Shown here one piece after another: positions 16,036 through 25,295 of a stretch of DNA of 64,000 nucleotides (within the stretch, counting starts at the first letter, position 1; each line of letters starts with the position of its first letter). The DNA is from an uncultured Bacilli bacterium. GTDB lineage: Bacteria > Bacillota_I > Bacilli_A > RF39 > UBA660. A program made the translations under genes and the position numbers. The stretch covers positions 4,844 to 68,843 of the forward strand of contig CALVYD010000005.1 of assembly GCA_944371995.1 (NCBI GenBank). Direction: 5' to 3'. Under the pieces are notes generated by a model. It was not told the origin of the DNA and did no database searches. It saw only the letters and a program-made list of their open reading frames with translations.

Positions 16036-17481
16036 ATGAAATATCAAAAGGGAGAGCTCGGAGAAATTGAAAATAGTAATAATGTAAAAGGTTATTTAAC
16101 ATTTTCAGCTTTTAGTAGTCTAAGAAAAGATACAGAAGGTATATGGATAAGACATAAAAGAGGAAATGGTTACAAGCCATTATGGGAGTTTTTAAACACT
16201 AAAAATACTGGCTGGGTAATACAATTAGATGTATATGGTTCACGACTTCCACACGGTCCGGTATATATATATTACACAAAAGATGACAAAGGAAAATATA
16301 CGGAACCTAGGATTTTAATTGTTGCAGATGCGAATTATCATATTCAATCGGTGTTAGGATTAGGATTACATCAAAGTATTGAAAGTAGTATGGCATTGAT
16401 TGCTTTAGAAAAGATAGAAAGTTTTCCAGGTAATAAAAAAAGAAAGAAGATAGCTCATGATATTGCTTTATTAGCAAGGCTAGGAGATAAGATAAATAAT
16501 GATATTGAATTAACGAAGAAAGAGCTTAGATTTTTGTATGAAATAGATTCGAAAATAGAAAGTTTTTATCATATCGCTGATCCTAAAAAAGAAGAACTTA
16601 AAGCAAAGAGAAACATAAAAAAAGATTTAGCTTATATATTCGGTTGTAAAGAAGAAAATATTGGTACTAACATAACAGATTTTGATACAAATAAAATTAT
16701 TTATTATTATGGAAGTTTAGAATGGGAAAAAGATTTTGTTCCTGATACTTTTAAGGATTTAAAAAGAATAATAGGAGGTGCTTCCTTTCCTAATTTAACA
16801 AGTGCTGCTGGCCTAAATAATCTGCAACAAGTAGATGGTGCTTATTTTTCTAGTTTAACGAATGCGGAAGGATTGAATAACTTGCGCAATATTAGAGGAG
16901 GAGCAATTTTCTCTAATTTGATTTATGCAAAAGGATTAAATAATTTACGTAATATCTCCGCACAGGCTTCCTTTCCTAAGTTAACAAATGCGGAGGGATT
17001 AAATAATTTGCAGTATATAGGTAATTATGCTATCTTTGCTAGTTTGAAGAGTGCGAAAGGATTAAATAGTTTAAAATATATAGGGGAAGATGCTAATTTT
17101 TCTAGTCTAATAAGTGCTCAGGGCTTAGACAGTCTACAAAATATAGTTGGAGAAGCAGACTTTAGTAGTTTGCCTGAAGCGACAGGTTTAAATAATTTAA
17201 AAAATATAGGTGAACATGCAGGATTTCCTAATTTAATTAATGCAAAAGGACTAGATAGTCTTCAAAACATAGGTGGAATTGCTTATTTTCCTAAATTAAT
17301 TACAGCTCAGGGCTTAGAAAATTTACAACATATAGGAGGTTATGCAGATTTTGGTAGCTTAATAAATGCGGAAAGCTTGCATAACTTGAAATATATAGGA
17401 AGAAGATTTAATTTTAGAAATTTAACTTCTATTAAAGGATTAGAAAATATAAATATAGATTATATGGATTCAAATAGATAG
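16036..17481 (+). CDS. Leaderless protein with an unknown ~240-aa N-domain and ~11 tandem 21-aa leucine-rich repeats
   Basis: RBS ggaggt. No signal peptide. The C-terminal half is GL-x-x-L-x-x-IGG-x-A-x-F-x-x-L-x-x-A-x repeated with strict 21-aa spacing. Confidence 0.8.
   Translation: MKYQKGELGEIENSNNVKGYLTFSAFSSLRKDTEGIWIRHKRGNGYKPLWEFLNTKNTGWVIQLDVYGSRLPHGPVYIYYTKDDKGKYTEPRILIVADANYHIQSVLGLGLHQSIESSMALIALEKIESFPGNKKRKKIAHDIALLARLGDKINNDIELTKKELRFLYEIDSKIESFYHIADPKKEELKAKRNIKKDLAYIFGCKEENIGTNITDFDTNKIIYYYGSLEWEKDFVPDTFKDLKRIIGGASFPNLTSAAGLNNLQQVDGAYFSSLTNAEGLNNLRNIRGGAIFSNLIYAKGLNNLRNISAQASFPKLTNAEGLNNLQYIGNYAIFASLKSAKGLNSLKYIGEDANFSSLISAQGLDSLQNIVGEADFSSLPEATGLNNLKNIGEHAGFPNLINAKGLDSLQNIGGIAYFPKLITAQGLENLQHIGGYADFGSLINAESLHNLKYIGRRFNFRNLTSIKGLENINIDYMDSNR
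16770..17455 (+). repeat. 63-nt periodic coding repeat (about 11 units) encoding the 21-aa LRR array
   Basis: Units include GLNNLRNIRGGAIFSNLIYAK, GLNNLRNISAQASFPKLTNAE, GLNSLKYIGEDANFSSLISAQ and GLDSLQNIGGIAYFPKLITAQ. Confidence 0.85.
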
Positions 17482-17504
17482 AAAGTAATATGAGGAGTGA
17501 TAAT

Positions 17505-20069
17505 ATGGCAAAGAAGAAAACTGAAACACAAGAAGTAATAGAGAAAATATTTGATTATACTCTAGAAGATATCATGGGAGAACGATTTGGAAGTTATTCT
17601 AAATATATTATTCAAGATCGTGCCATTCCAGATGCTAGAGATGGATTAAAACCAGTACAACGTCGTATTCTATATTCGATGCATAAAGAGAAAAATACTT
17701 ATGATAAAGGATATCGTAAAAGTGCCAAAACTGTAGGAGATGTTATTGGTAATTATCATCCACATGGAGATACTTCTATCTACGATGCAATGGTTAGAAT
17801 GAGTCAACCTTGGAAGACAAGACTACCATATATTGATATGCATGGTAATAACGGTTCTATTGATGGAGATAGTCCAGCAGCCTATCGTTATACAGAAGCA
17901 AGACTTTCTAAAATTAGTAATGAAATGCTTCGTGATATTGATAAAAATACCGTAGAATTCGCTCCCAACTTTGATGATACGACAGTAGAACCTACTGTCC
18001 TACCAGCTCGTTTTCCAGCTCTTCTTGTCTATGGAGCCATGGGAATTTCTGCAGGATATGCTACTAATATTCCACCACATAATCTAGGAGAAGTAATTGA
18101 TGCCACAATTCACAGAATTGATAATCCTAATTGTAGTCTAGATACGTTAATGAAATATGTAAAAGGACCTGACTTTCCAACCGGAGGAATCATTGAAGGA
18201 TTAGATGGAATTCGTTCAGCTTATGAAACTGGTCGTGGAAAAATTGTTGTCAAAAGTAGATACACGATTGAAGAAACAAAAACAGGTTCTTCTATTATCA
18301 TTACTGAAATTCCTTTTGAAGTAAATAAAGCATTAATGGTAAAAAAGATAGATGATATTAGAATCGATAAAAAGATAGACGGAATTGCCGAAGTAAGAGA
18401 TGAATCTGCTGCGGATGTTAGAGTGGTAATTGATTTAAAGAAAAATGCCAATGCAGAATTAATTGTTAATTATTTACTAAAAAATACGGATATGCAAATA
18501 AATTACAACTTCAATATGGTTGCAATCGTAAATAAACGTCCTAAACTATTAGGATTAACACAAGCAATCGATGCATTTATTCAGCATCAAAAAGAAGTAG
18601 TACGTCGTCGTACAGAATTTGATTTAGCTCATGCGAAAGCAAGATATCATATCGTAGAAGGATTAATTAAATGTATTTCTATATTAGATGAAGTAATTCG
18701 TGTAATTCGTGAATCTAAAAACAAAACAGATGCTAAAGAAAACTTAGTAAAAGAGTTTCAATTTACGATGGAGCAAGCAGAAGCAATCGTTACGTTACAA
18801 CTTTATCGCTTAACGAATACCGATGTTGTTGCTCTACAAGAAGAGATGGCAAACTTAGAAAAAATAATCAATGGTCTTACTGCTATCTTAGGTAGTGAAG
18901 AGGTAATGAAGTCTGTTATGAAAAAAGATCTACGAGATGTTAAGAAAGATTATCCAACAGAACGTCTTACCGATATCAAAGCAGAAATTACAGAAATTAA
19001 GATTGATACTACTGCCATGATTCCAAAAGAAGATTGTGTTGTTATGGTAACAAGAGATGGCTATGTAAAACGTACCTCATTTAGAAGTTATACAGCATCG
19101 AATCCAGAAGATATTACAATCAAAGAAAATGACTATATTATAGGAATTTATGAAATGACTACTCTAGATACTTTACTTGTATTTACGACTCATGGAAATT
19201 ACTTACATATCCCTGTTCATATCCTACCAGATTTAAAATGGAAAGACATGCCAAAACATGTAAGTAATGTGATTGAAACTTCTCCTGAAGAATCTGTTGT
19301 TAGTGCTATACCAGTTGCCTCATTTGAAACTGATAAAAACATCATCATTACCTCTCGTGATGGAATGATTAAACGTAGTAAATTAAAAGACTTTAAGCTA
19401 TCTCGTTATTCTAAACCTACCAGTTGTATGAAATTAAAAGAGGATGATTTAGTAATAGATGCCTTTGTAGAAGAAAAAGATACCTTATTCCTTACAACTG
19501 ACTCAGGTTACGGGTTAAGCTTTAAAACAGGAGAAGTACCAGTAGTAGGAGTAAAAGCAGCTGGTGTAAAAGCGATGAAATTAAAAGATGATCACTTAGT
19601 ATCTATTAATGAATACTCTATGGAGGATGCAGAATATATCTCAATTATTACTGATAAAGGTACTGGAAAACGTGTTCACTTATCAGAGTTTGAATTATCA
19701 ACTAGAGCAAGACGTGGATTATTAGTAATGCGTGAAGTAAAAAGTAATCCATATCACGTAATAAAAACCTTTATTACAGACTCTAAAAACTATATTGGTA
19801 TTAAAAACGGAGAAATTGAAACATTAAAATTAACAGAATTAAATATTGCAGACCGTTATTCTACCGGAGGACAAATATCTAAACATAATCTGACGGATAG
19901 TTTCTTAATCGCAACACTAAAAAGAAGAGAAGAACCAGAACAAGAAAGTATTCCTATAGAAGGAGAAAAAGAAGAAAAACAAGAGGAGAAAACAATTCCT
20001 AAAAAAGAAAAAATATCTTTAAAAGAAATTGATGATAGACTAATGACCATTGATGACTTTTTGAAGTAG
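17505..20069 (+). CDS. parC: DNA topoisomerase IV subunit A
   Basis: N-terminal ERFGSYSKYIIQDRAIPDARDGLKPVQRRILYSM is ParC-type. Catalytic Tyr lies in AAYRYTEARL. No GyrA-box (QRRGGKG) in the C-terminal domain. ATG 17505 follows RBS aggagtga. Confidence 0.88.
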   Translation: MAKKKTETQEVIEKIFDYTLEDIMGERFGSYSKYIIQDRAIPDARDGLKPVQRRILYSMHKEKNTYDKGYRKSAKTVGDVIGNYHPHGDTSIYDAMVRMSQPWKTRLPYIDMHGNNGSIDGDSPAAYRYTEARLSKISNEMLRDIDKNTVEFAPNFDDTTVEPTVLPARFPALLVYGAMGISAGYATNIPPHNLGEVIDATIHRIDNPNCSLDTLMKYVKGPDFPTGGIIEGLDGIRSAYETGRGKIVVKSRYTIEETKTGSSIIITEIPFEVNKALMVKKIDDIRIDKKIDGIAEVRDESAADVRVVIDLKKNANAELIVNYLLKNTDMQINYNFNMVAIVNKRPKLLGLTQAIDAFIQHQKEVVRRRTEFDLAHAKARYHIVEGLIKCISILDEVIRVIRESKNKTDAKENLVKEFQFTMEQAEAIVTLQLYRLTNTDVVALQEEMANLEKIINGLTAILGSEEVMKSVMKKDLRDVKKDYPTERLTDIKAEITEIKIDTTAMIPKEDCVVMVTRDGYVKRTSFRSYTASNPEDITIKENDYIIGIYEMTTLDTLLVFTTHGNYLHIPVHILPDLKWKDMPKHVSNVIETSPEESVVSAIPVASFETDKNIIITSRDGMIKRSKLKDFKLSRYSKPTSCMKLKEDDLVIDAFVEEKDTLFLTTDSGYGLSFKTGEVPVVGVKAAGVKAMKLKDDHLVSINEYSMEDAEYISIITDKGTGKRVHLSEFELSTRARRGLLVMREVKSNPYHVIKTFITDSKNYIGIKNGEIETLKLTELNIADRYSTGGQISKHNLTDSFLIATLKRREEPEQESIPIEGEKEEKQEEKTIPKKEKISLKEIDDRLMTIDDFLK

Positions 20070-20077
20070 TTAATACA

Positions 20078-20106
20078 AAGAAGAGGCTCACCCTCTTTTT
20101 TATTGT
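20078..20106 (+). terminator. Rho-independent terminator after parC
   Basis: Stem aagagg / cctctt with a 5-nt loop, then a T-run. Confidence 0.7.
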
Positions 20107-20159
20107 TTTTTTCTTGAAATATGATATAATATGTCTACTTTTGAAAAGGAGGTATTCAA

Positions 20160-21857
20160 ATGCCAGTACCGATTGATATAATAAAGTATTATGTTGAAAT
20201 ATCTAGACTAAAAAAAGCATTTCCTAACTTAGATGGTATAACATATTTAAAATATTTAGTTCGTGGAGTAGATTGTTGTTCTCCTGAAAAGCCAATTGCT
20301 TATCAATATGATAATCACTGTAAAATAATTTTTGAGGAACACGATGTATCAGGAACAATTTCTACAGATATTATTCCTATTACTTATCACAGTTCTTATG
20401 CTAATGCGATTGCGTTACAATTAAAGGAGACAATGAAAAGCTATCCCGACTTTTTTAGAACATTTTTAGAAGATTATGATGAAATTATCATTGATAAAGA
20501 TCAAGAAAGTTGTGAAGGAGCTTTGGTATTTAAAAATTATCTTAGATGTTCACCAAGGTTTGGACTTACTTTAGAAGACACTATTAAAGGAATCTTATCT
20601 GATAAGTATACATTGGATGAGAGGAAATATTCTAGGTTAACTTCACATTTTTCTTTAAAAAAAGTTAAAAAAGATTTAAATTATTGGTATTTATTACAAA
20701 GTCCAGATTTTGATGATTTATTTTCTTCACTTTTAGATAGCAAGCAATACCAGGAATTAAAATTATTGTTAGATCAACAGGAGTCTATTGATACCTATTT
20801 GGAAGAATTTAAAAAGCGGCATGTTTTCGACATAATAAATCAGGAAGTAGATAATTTTTATAATCGTTTTGGCATTACTGATTTTAAACTTATTAATGAT
20901 GCTTTAGAATATGCTCGTAATAATTATAAGTTCTATGAGAGGGATTTATCGGGATTTCAACAAGTAAGTCGTGATTTGGTGATTGATTTAACGCTTAAAT
21001 TTCTTGATACTATCGATGATACTCATGCTCTTAGTAAAGAGTTTCAAGAGACACTAGATGAAAAGAAAACAGTGTTATGGTATCCCAGTGAGAAGGAACA
21101 GGTAGAGGAGTTTTATAAGCAACAAAATTATGATTATAATAATGATATTGATGAAGCATATTATTCTCCATATTATGATAGAATAAATATTCCACTTACT
21201 GGAACGATACATGACGTTATTTGTACTGTGCATGAATTTATGCATCACCATAGTTTACATAAATGTTCTACTTTGAATAACGGGCTTTTAAAAGAAGTTA
21301 TTTGTATTTATTTTGAGATGAAAGCAGCTCATTGGCTAGTAGAACAAGGCTTTAAGGAAGAAGAATGCTTTGAAGACTTGGTACATCGTCAGGCAGTTGA
21401 TTTTTGGAATAATGCTTTTAGTGGTACTGCGCTTGTTTTTGATTTAATCAAAAGAAAACAACAATATGGAACTCTTACAGTAGATAATTTCGCTGATGAA
21501 AAATCACTTGGAGTCCAATTACTTATGTATTTGGTGCTTAACCATCCTGAGAAAATAGGAAATATTGAACAGACGGGATGGCCACTTTCCAATGAAGAAC
21601 GTGAGGCTGCTATAAATGAACTGGCTATGAATAATGTTAATGGACTTTTAAATACTAATCCAGTGAAAGTTACTAATTATTTATCTTACGCTTTAGGAAC
21701 TTATCTTGCTGATAAGAGTATTTCTAGTGATATGGATGCTAGAATGATGTTTGTTGCAGATAACTTGAGTAATCCAGAATATAGTGATTTGGATTTATTT
21801 AAACATATTCAAGAAGGATATCGTTTAACTTCTATAGAAAAGTTAAAGAAGATGTAG
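20160..21857 (+). CDS. Hypothetical protein with a gluzincin-like HExxH..E motif (possible metallopeptidase)
   Basis: RBS aaggagg. TVHEFMHHHSL is followed ~25 aa later by EVICIYFEMKAAHW, an arrangement reminiscent of M3-type peptidases. Otherwise no recognisable domain. Confidence 0.55.
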   Translation: MPVPIDIIKYYVEISRLKKAFPNLDGITYLKYLVRGVDCCSPEKPIAYQYDNHCKIIFEEHDVSGTISTDIIPITYHSSYANAIALQLKETMKSYPDFFRTFLEDYDEIIIDKDQESCEGALVFKNYLRCSPRFGLTLEDTIKGILSDKYTLDERKYSRLTSHFSLKKVKKDLNYWYLLQSPDFDDLFSSLLDSKQYQELKLLLDQQESIDTYLEEFKKRHVFDIINQEVDNFYNRFGITDFKLINDALEYARNNYKFYERDLSGFQQVSRDLVIDLTLKFLDTIDDTHALSKEFQETLDEKKTVLWYPSEKEQVEEFYKQQNYDYNNDIDEAYYSPYYDRINIPLTGTIHDVICTVHEFMHHHSLHKCSTLNNGLLKEVICIYFEMKAAHWLVEQGFKEEECFEDLVHRQAVDFWNNAFSGTALVFDLIKRKQQYGTLTVDNFADEKSLGVQLLMYLVLNHPEKIGNIEQTGWPLSNEEREAAINELAMNNVNGLLNTNPVKVTNYLSYALGTYLADKSISSDMDARMMFVADNLSNPEYSDLDLFKHIQEGYRLTSIEKLKKM

Positions 21858-21901
21858 TTCTTCTTTTTTCTTTATTTTCATATATTATACTGGTGGTAAA
21901 T

Positions 21902-22267
21902 ATGTCGAAAGAAAGTTTTAAATCTTTTGCTAGAAATCATACAGAACTTGCTAATTATGTGATGAATGGTAAGACAAATTGGCAAAGATTATACGAATTA
22001 TATGAAATATACGGAGAAAATAGTAGTATTTGGAATGATTATTTTTCATCGAATGCTCCAGCTACGGTAGGAGATATTTCAACTCTTCCTTCAAATATTA
22101 AAGATTTAATGCAAAGTATTAAAAATATTGACCTAAACTCTGTCCAAAAAGGGATTACTAATATTCAAAAAGCGTTAGGACTACTACAAGATATCGGCCT
22201 AGGAAATAGTAATAATGTATCAAACACTTACGAACCTAGACCAATGTATCAACATTTTGATGATTAA
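21902..22267 (+). CDS. YlbD-like protein
   Basis: FKSFARNH..L..V...KTNWQRLYELYEIYGENSSIWNDYF parallels Bacillus subtilis YlbD. It keeps the synteny ylbD-ylbE-ylbF-rsmD. Confidence 0.7.
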   Translation: MSKESFKSFARNHTELANYVMNGKTNWQRLYELYEIYGENSSIWNDYFSSNAPATVGDISTLPSNIKDLMQSIKNIDLNSVQKGITNIQKALGLLQDIGLGNSNNVSNTYEPRPMYQHFDD

Positions 22268-22269
22268 AA

Positions 22270-22491
22270 ATGGACTTATATACAATTAACTATGTAAAAA
22301 GTAATCCCTTAGTTTATCAATATTTAAGAGCAAACTCCTCCTGGTATCAAAAATTAAATCGTGATCCTGCCTCCATAAAAGAATTAGAAAAAGAAGCAAA
22401 ATCATATTATAAATTAACAGCCACTGATAAAATAGAAAAATTTAGTCATAGTATAGAAATGCTTTCAACATTTATGGATGTTTTAAAATAA
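22270..22491 (+). CDS. YlbE-like protein
   Basis: YVKSNPLVYQYLRANSSWYQKLNRDPASIKELEKEAKSYYK matches the YlbE pattern (..WYR.L.R.P..). Synteny supports the call. Confidence 0.7.
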   Translation: MDLYTINYVKSNPLVYQYLRANSSWYQKLNRDPASIKELEKEAKSYYKLTATDKIEKFSHSIEMLSTFMDVLK

Positions 22492-22510
22492 TTGTGATAA
22501 AATAAAAAAT

Positions 22511-22792
22511 ATGGAAGAGTTAATAGAAAAATTAGAACAATTAAAAAAAGAAATTTCTGCTCTAGATATAGTAGAAGAATTACATAAAAGAAAAGATGAA
22601 GTAATGAATGATTCTAGGTTAGTAGAAAAAATAGAAGAATATAAGAAACATCCTATGGAATCATTAAAAAAGGAGATAATATCATCGCCTTCTTTTTTAG
22701 CGTATAAAGAAACGGAAACAGAAATAGATTTATTAATTTTAAAGCTTAATCAAGAATTTAAAAAAATAAGAAAAGAATATGATTGTAGGTAG
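22511..22792 (+). CDS. YlbF/YmcA/YheA-family-like helical protein
   Basis: Helical 93-aa product (..IVEELHKRKDEVMNDSRLVEKIEEYKK..) at the position where ylbF sits in Bacillus. The motif match is weak. Confidence 0.5.
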   Translation: MEELIEKLEQLKKEISALDIVEELHKRKDEVMNDSRLVEKIEEYKKHPMESLKKEIISSPSFLAYKETETEIDLLILKLNQEFKKIRKEYDCR

Positions 22793-22797
22793 ATAAT

Positions 22798-23343
22798 ATG
22801 AAGATTATTAGTGGTAAATATAAGGGTAGAGTATTAGAAGGATTCGATATTGCTGGAACAAGACCAACGATGGATAGAGTAAAAGAAAGTGTATTTGCGA
22901 TGATTCAAATATGGTTAGAAGATGCTATTGTCCTAGATTTATTTGCAGGAAGTGGAAATCTTGGAATAGAAGCACTAAGTGAGGGCGCTAAGGAGATTTA
23001 TTTGGTAGATAAAAATAAAAAAGCTTGCCAAGTAATGAAAAGAAACTTAGATAAAATTGGTGTAAGTGAAAATGTTATATTTTATGGAGATTATAAAAAA
23101 GCCTTAGATAATTATAAGAATCAATCAATGAAGTTTGATATTATTTTTCTAGATCCTCCCTATCAAACAGACTTAGTTGAAAAAAGTATCGAAATAATAG
23201 AAAAAGAGGAATTGCTTTCTAAAGATGGAATCATAGTAGCAGAAAGCAATAGTATAGATAAGATAATCTTTTCTAAAGGACTAAAGATGATAAAAAGTAA
23301 AAAATATGGTGATAAAGTGGTAGCTATCTTACAACAATTATGA
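22798..23343 (+). CDS. rsmD: 16S rRNA (guanine966-N2)-methyltransferase
   Basis: RPTMDRVKESVF, SAM-binding DLFAGSGNLGIEALS and the catalytic DPPY motif. Confidence 0.9.
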   Translation: MKIISGKYKGRVLEGFDIAGTRPTMDRVKESVFAMIQIWLEDAIVLDLFAGSGNLGIEALSEGAKEIYLVDKNKKACQVMKRNLDKIGVSENVIFYGDYKKALDNYKNQSMKFDIIFLDPPYQTDLVEKSIEIIEKEELLSKDGIIVAESNSIDKIIFSKGLKMIKSKKYGDKVVAILQQL

Positions 23344-23370
23344 TAAAATAATGGTAAGATAGGTGATAAT

Positions 23371-25263
23371 ATGAAAAGATTAAATAATAAGGGTTTTGCT
23401 ATTACGACATTATTGTATGGTCTTATGATAATGTCTTTATTAGTTGTGATTGCTTTAGTTACCAATCTTGGTACTAATCGTTCCAACACTTCTACGTTTG
23501 TAGAAAAAATTGAAGATGAATTAAATAGGTTAAGTATTACAAACACGGAAGGTGATTATATAGGTGGAGATGTAGACAGTCAAGGGCGTGAGTATATTGC
23601 TCCAACAGCTGGCTGGTATAAAATCGAGCTCTGGGGAGCTGCCGGTGGTGGAACAAATGGTGGACGAGGAGCCTATACTTCAGGAATCATGTATCTAGAA
23701 GCTAATGATCGTCTATATTTTTATGTTGGAGCGCAAGGTGGAACTTCAGCCAGTAGTTTTAATGGAGGCGGAGCAGGTGCATCAAGCAATTATTTTGCCG
23801 GCGGTGGAGCAACAGATGTTAGGTTAATTTCAAGTACTTGGAATGATGAAGAATCGTTAGATAGTCGTTTGATGGTAGCGGCTGGCGGTGCTGGTAATGG
23901 TAATGGTAACGAAGGCGGTGTCGGTGGATATTTAACTGGTGGTAATGGAAAAGGTACAGCTAGTGCCATTGGACAAGCTGGTACCCAGTCAGCTGGCGGT
24001 GCTGGTGCTGGTGCAGCCGGTAGCTTTGGTATTGCTGGAGATGGTGGAAGTAATTCCGCAGGTGGTGGCGGAGGCTATTTCGGTGGAGCTGCAAGTGGTG
24101 CTAATGCATCTGCCGGAGGAGGCTCATCCTTTATTATAGGGTATGCCGGAAGTAGAGCAGCAACAGATGGTACCGCAGGAGACCAACCTACAAAGACTTA
24201 TAATGTACATCGTGGTGATTATGATGATGAAGGAAATGAAATTATAGAATCATATACTCCTGTAATATATAACGGATTAATGATTGCCGGAGTAAATGAT
24301 GGAGCAGGTAAGTTCAGAGTCTCTAAAGTATCAGACAATGATAGTGCAAATCCACCAAAAAAAGGAAGCAACGCTAAATTAAATCAAGTAAGATACATTC
24401 GTGATTGTGTAGATGGTAATACGGTAGATAGCAATGGTTACTGGCTAGAAATTCAAGCGATTAGTAATGGAACAAATTTAGCATTAGGAAAAGCTCCAGC
24501 AGGAAGCGGAGGTACTGCATCAGATTTAAACTATATAACGGATGGCAGTGTTGATGATATGGCTTCCGTAGGGAAAATAACAGGATCTGGCAATAAATGT
24601 GTACAAATAGATTTAGGTGCTCCAGTAGATTTAGACGAAATTGCTGTCTGGCATCAATATCAATTAAACAATTCTGCAGTTAGTTTTAAAAATCATACAC
24701 TATCTGTTAGTACAAACGGAAGTAGCTGGCAAACAATCAGAGGAAATAGCTCAGATACAAGTGATACGGGTATAACAAATGAAGAAGAAACCTCAAATGG
24801 TATTCATTATAACACATTTCACGCAGACGCTTTAGGAGAAATTCCTGATGGAAATTATTATATCGTTTCAGCTAATAGTGACAAAATGGCCTTGACAGCC
24901 GCAGAAGAAGGATCTAACAATTTTGCCAAGATGGATTATTTTACAGGAGATGCAACTCAAGTATGGTATGTCTATAAACAGACATCAGCAAGTGGAGCAG
25001 TAAACTATCATATGGTAAGTACATCAAATCAACTAGCTTGCACTGTAACAGGAGCAGGAACTAGTTCTATAATAAGACTATCAGCAAACGGAAATGGTGA
25101 TGAACAAGGATTCAATATTACACCTTTAGGAAATGGTTATTATACGATTACTAGTAACACAGGTAATCGACTAGGATACAGTACTAGTAACATTTCATTA
25201 GAAACCCAATCAGTAACTCAAGAGAAAACACAACGTTGGAAATTTGTATTAGCTGAGTATTAA
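23371..25263 (+). CDS. Pilin-like-anchored surface protein: Glu5-less GF leader, glycine-rich (ALK/LTK GlyR-like) domain, discoidin-like module and ricin-B-like lectin
   Basis: Leader MKRLNNKG/FAITTLLYGLMIMSLLVVIALV. Glycine-rich stretch WGAAGGGTNGGRGAY..VGAQGG..FNGGGAG..GGGATDVR..VAAGGAGNGNG. Discoidin-like stretch YIRDCVDGNTVDSNGYWLEIQ..CVQIDLG..IAVWH. C-terminal QVWYV and QRWKF Q-x-W motifs. Confidence 0.8.
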   Translation: MKRLNNKGFAITTLLYGLMIMSLLVVIALVTNLGTNRSNTSTFVEKIEDELNRLSITNTEGDYIGGDVDSQGREYIAPTAGWYKIELWGAAGGGTNGGRGAYTSGIMYLEANDRLYFYVGAQGGTSASSFNGGGAGASSNYFAGGGATDVRLISSTWNDEESLDSRLMVAAGGAGNGNGNEGGVGGYLTGGNGKGTASAIGQAGTQSAGGAGAGAAGSFGIAGDGGSNSAGGGGGYFGGAASGANASAGGGSSFIIGYAGSRAATDGTAGDQPTKTYNVHRGDYDDEGNEIIESYTPVIYNGLMIAGVNDGAGKFRVSKVSDNDSANPPKKGSNAKLNQVRYIRDCVDGNTVDSNGYWLEIQAISNGTNLALGKAPAGSGGTASDLNYITDGSVDDMASVGKITGSGNKCVQIDLGAPVDLDEIAVWHQYQLNNSAVSFKNHTLSVSTNGSSWQTIRGNSSDTSDTGITNEEETSNGIHYNTFHADALGEIPDGNYYIVSANSDKMALTAAEEGSNNFAKMDYFTGDATQVWYVYKQTSASGAVNYHMVSTSNQLACTVTGAGTSSIIRLSANGNGDEQGFNITPLGNGYYTITSNTGNRLGYSTSNISLETQSVTQEKTQRWKFVLAEY

Positions 25264-25288
25264 AAGCAGGAAACTGCTTTTATTTTTG
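25262..25288 (+). terminator. Rho-independent terminator
   Basis: Stem aaagcag / ctgcttt, loop gaaa, T-rich tail. Confidence 0.75.
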
Positions 25289-25295
25289 AAAAAAA

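Noticed and set aside
16770-17455. A regular 63-nt periodicity that might superficially suggest a CRISPR-like or satellite array.
   Set aside because: The periodicity lies entirely in frame inside a long ORF. The units are degenerate at the DNA level, there are no unique spacers, and they translate to a coherent 21-aa LRR consensus. It is a coding repeat, not a CRISPR array.
13985-20069. The type II topoisomerase pair could have been gyrB/gyrA.
   Set aside because: The A subunit has the ParC-type N-terminus (ERFGSYSKYIIQDRAIPD..KPVQRRILY) and lacks a GyrA-box (QRRGGKG) in its C-terminal domain. No dnaA, dnaN or recF context is present. The pair is therefore called parE/parC.
23600-24140. A locally GC-rich, low-complexity stretch containing an alternative-frame ORF (23939-24139).
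   Set aside because: It is explained by runs of GGT/GGA/GCT Gly and Ala codons in the glycine-rich domain of the 630-aa protein. The alternative-frame ORF is a by-product with no RBS.
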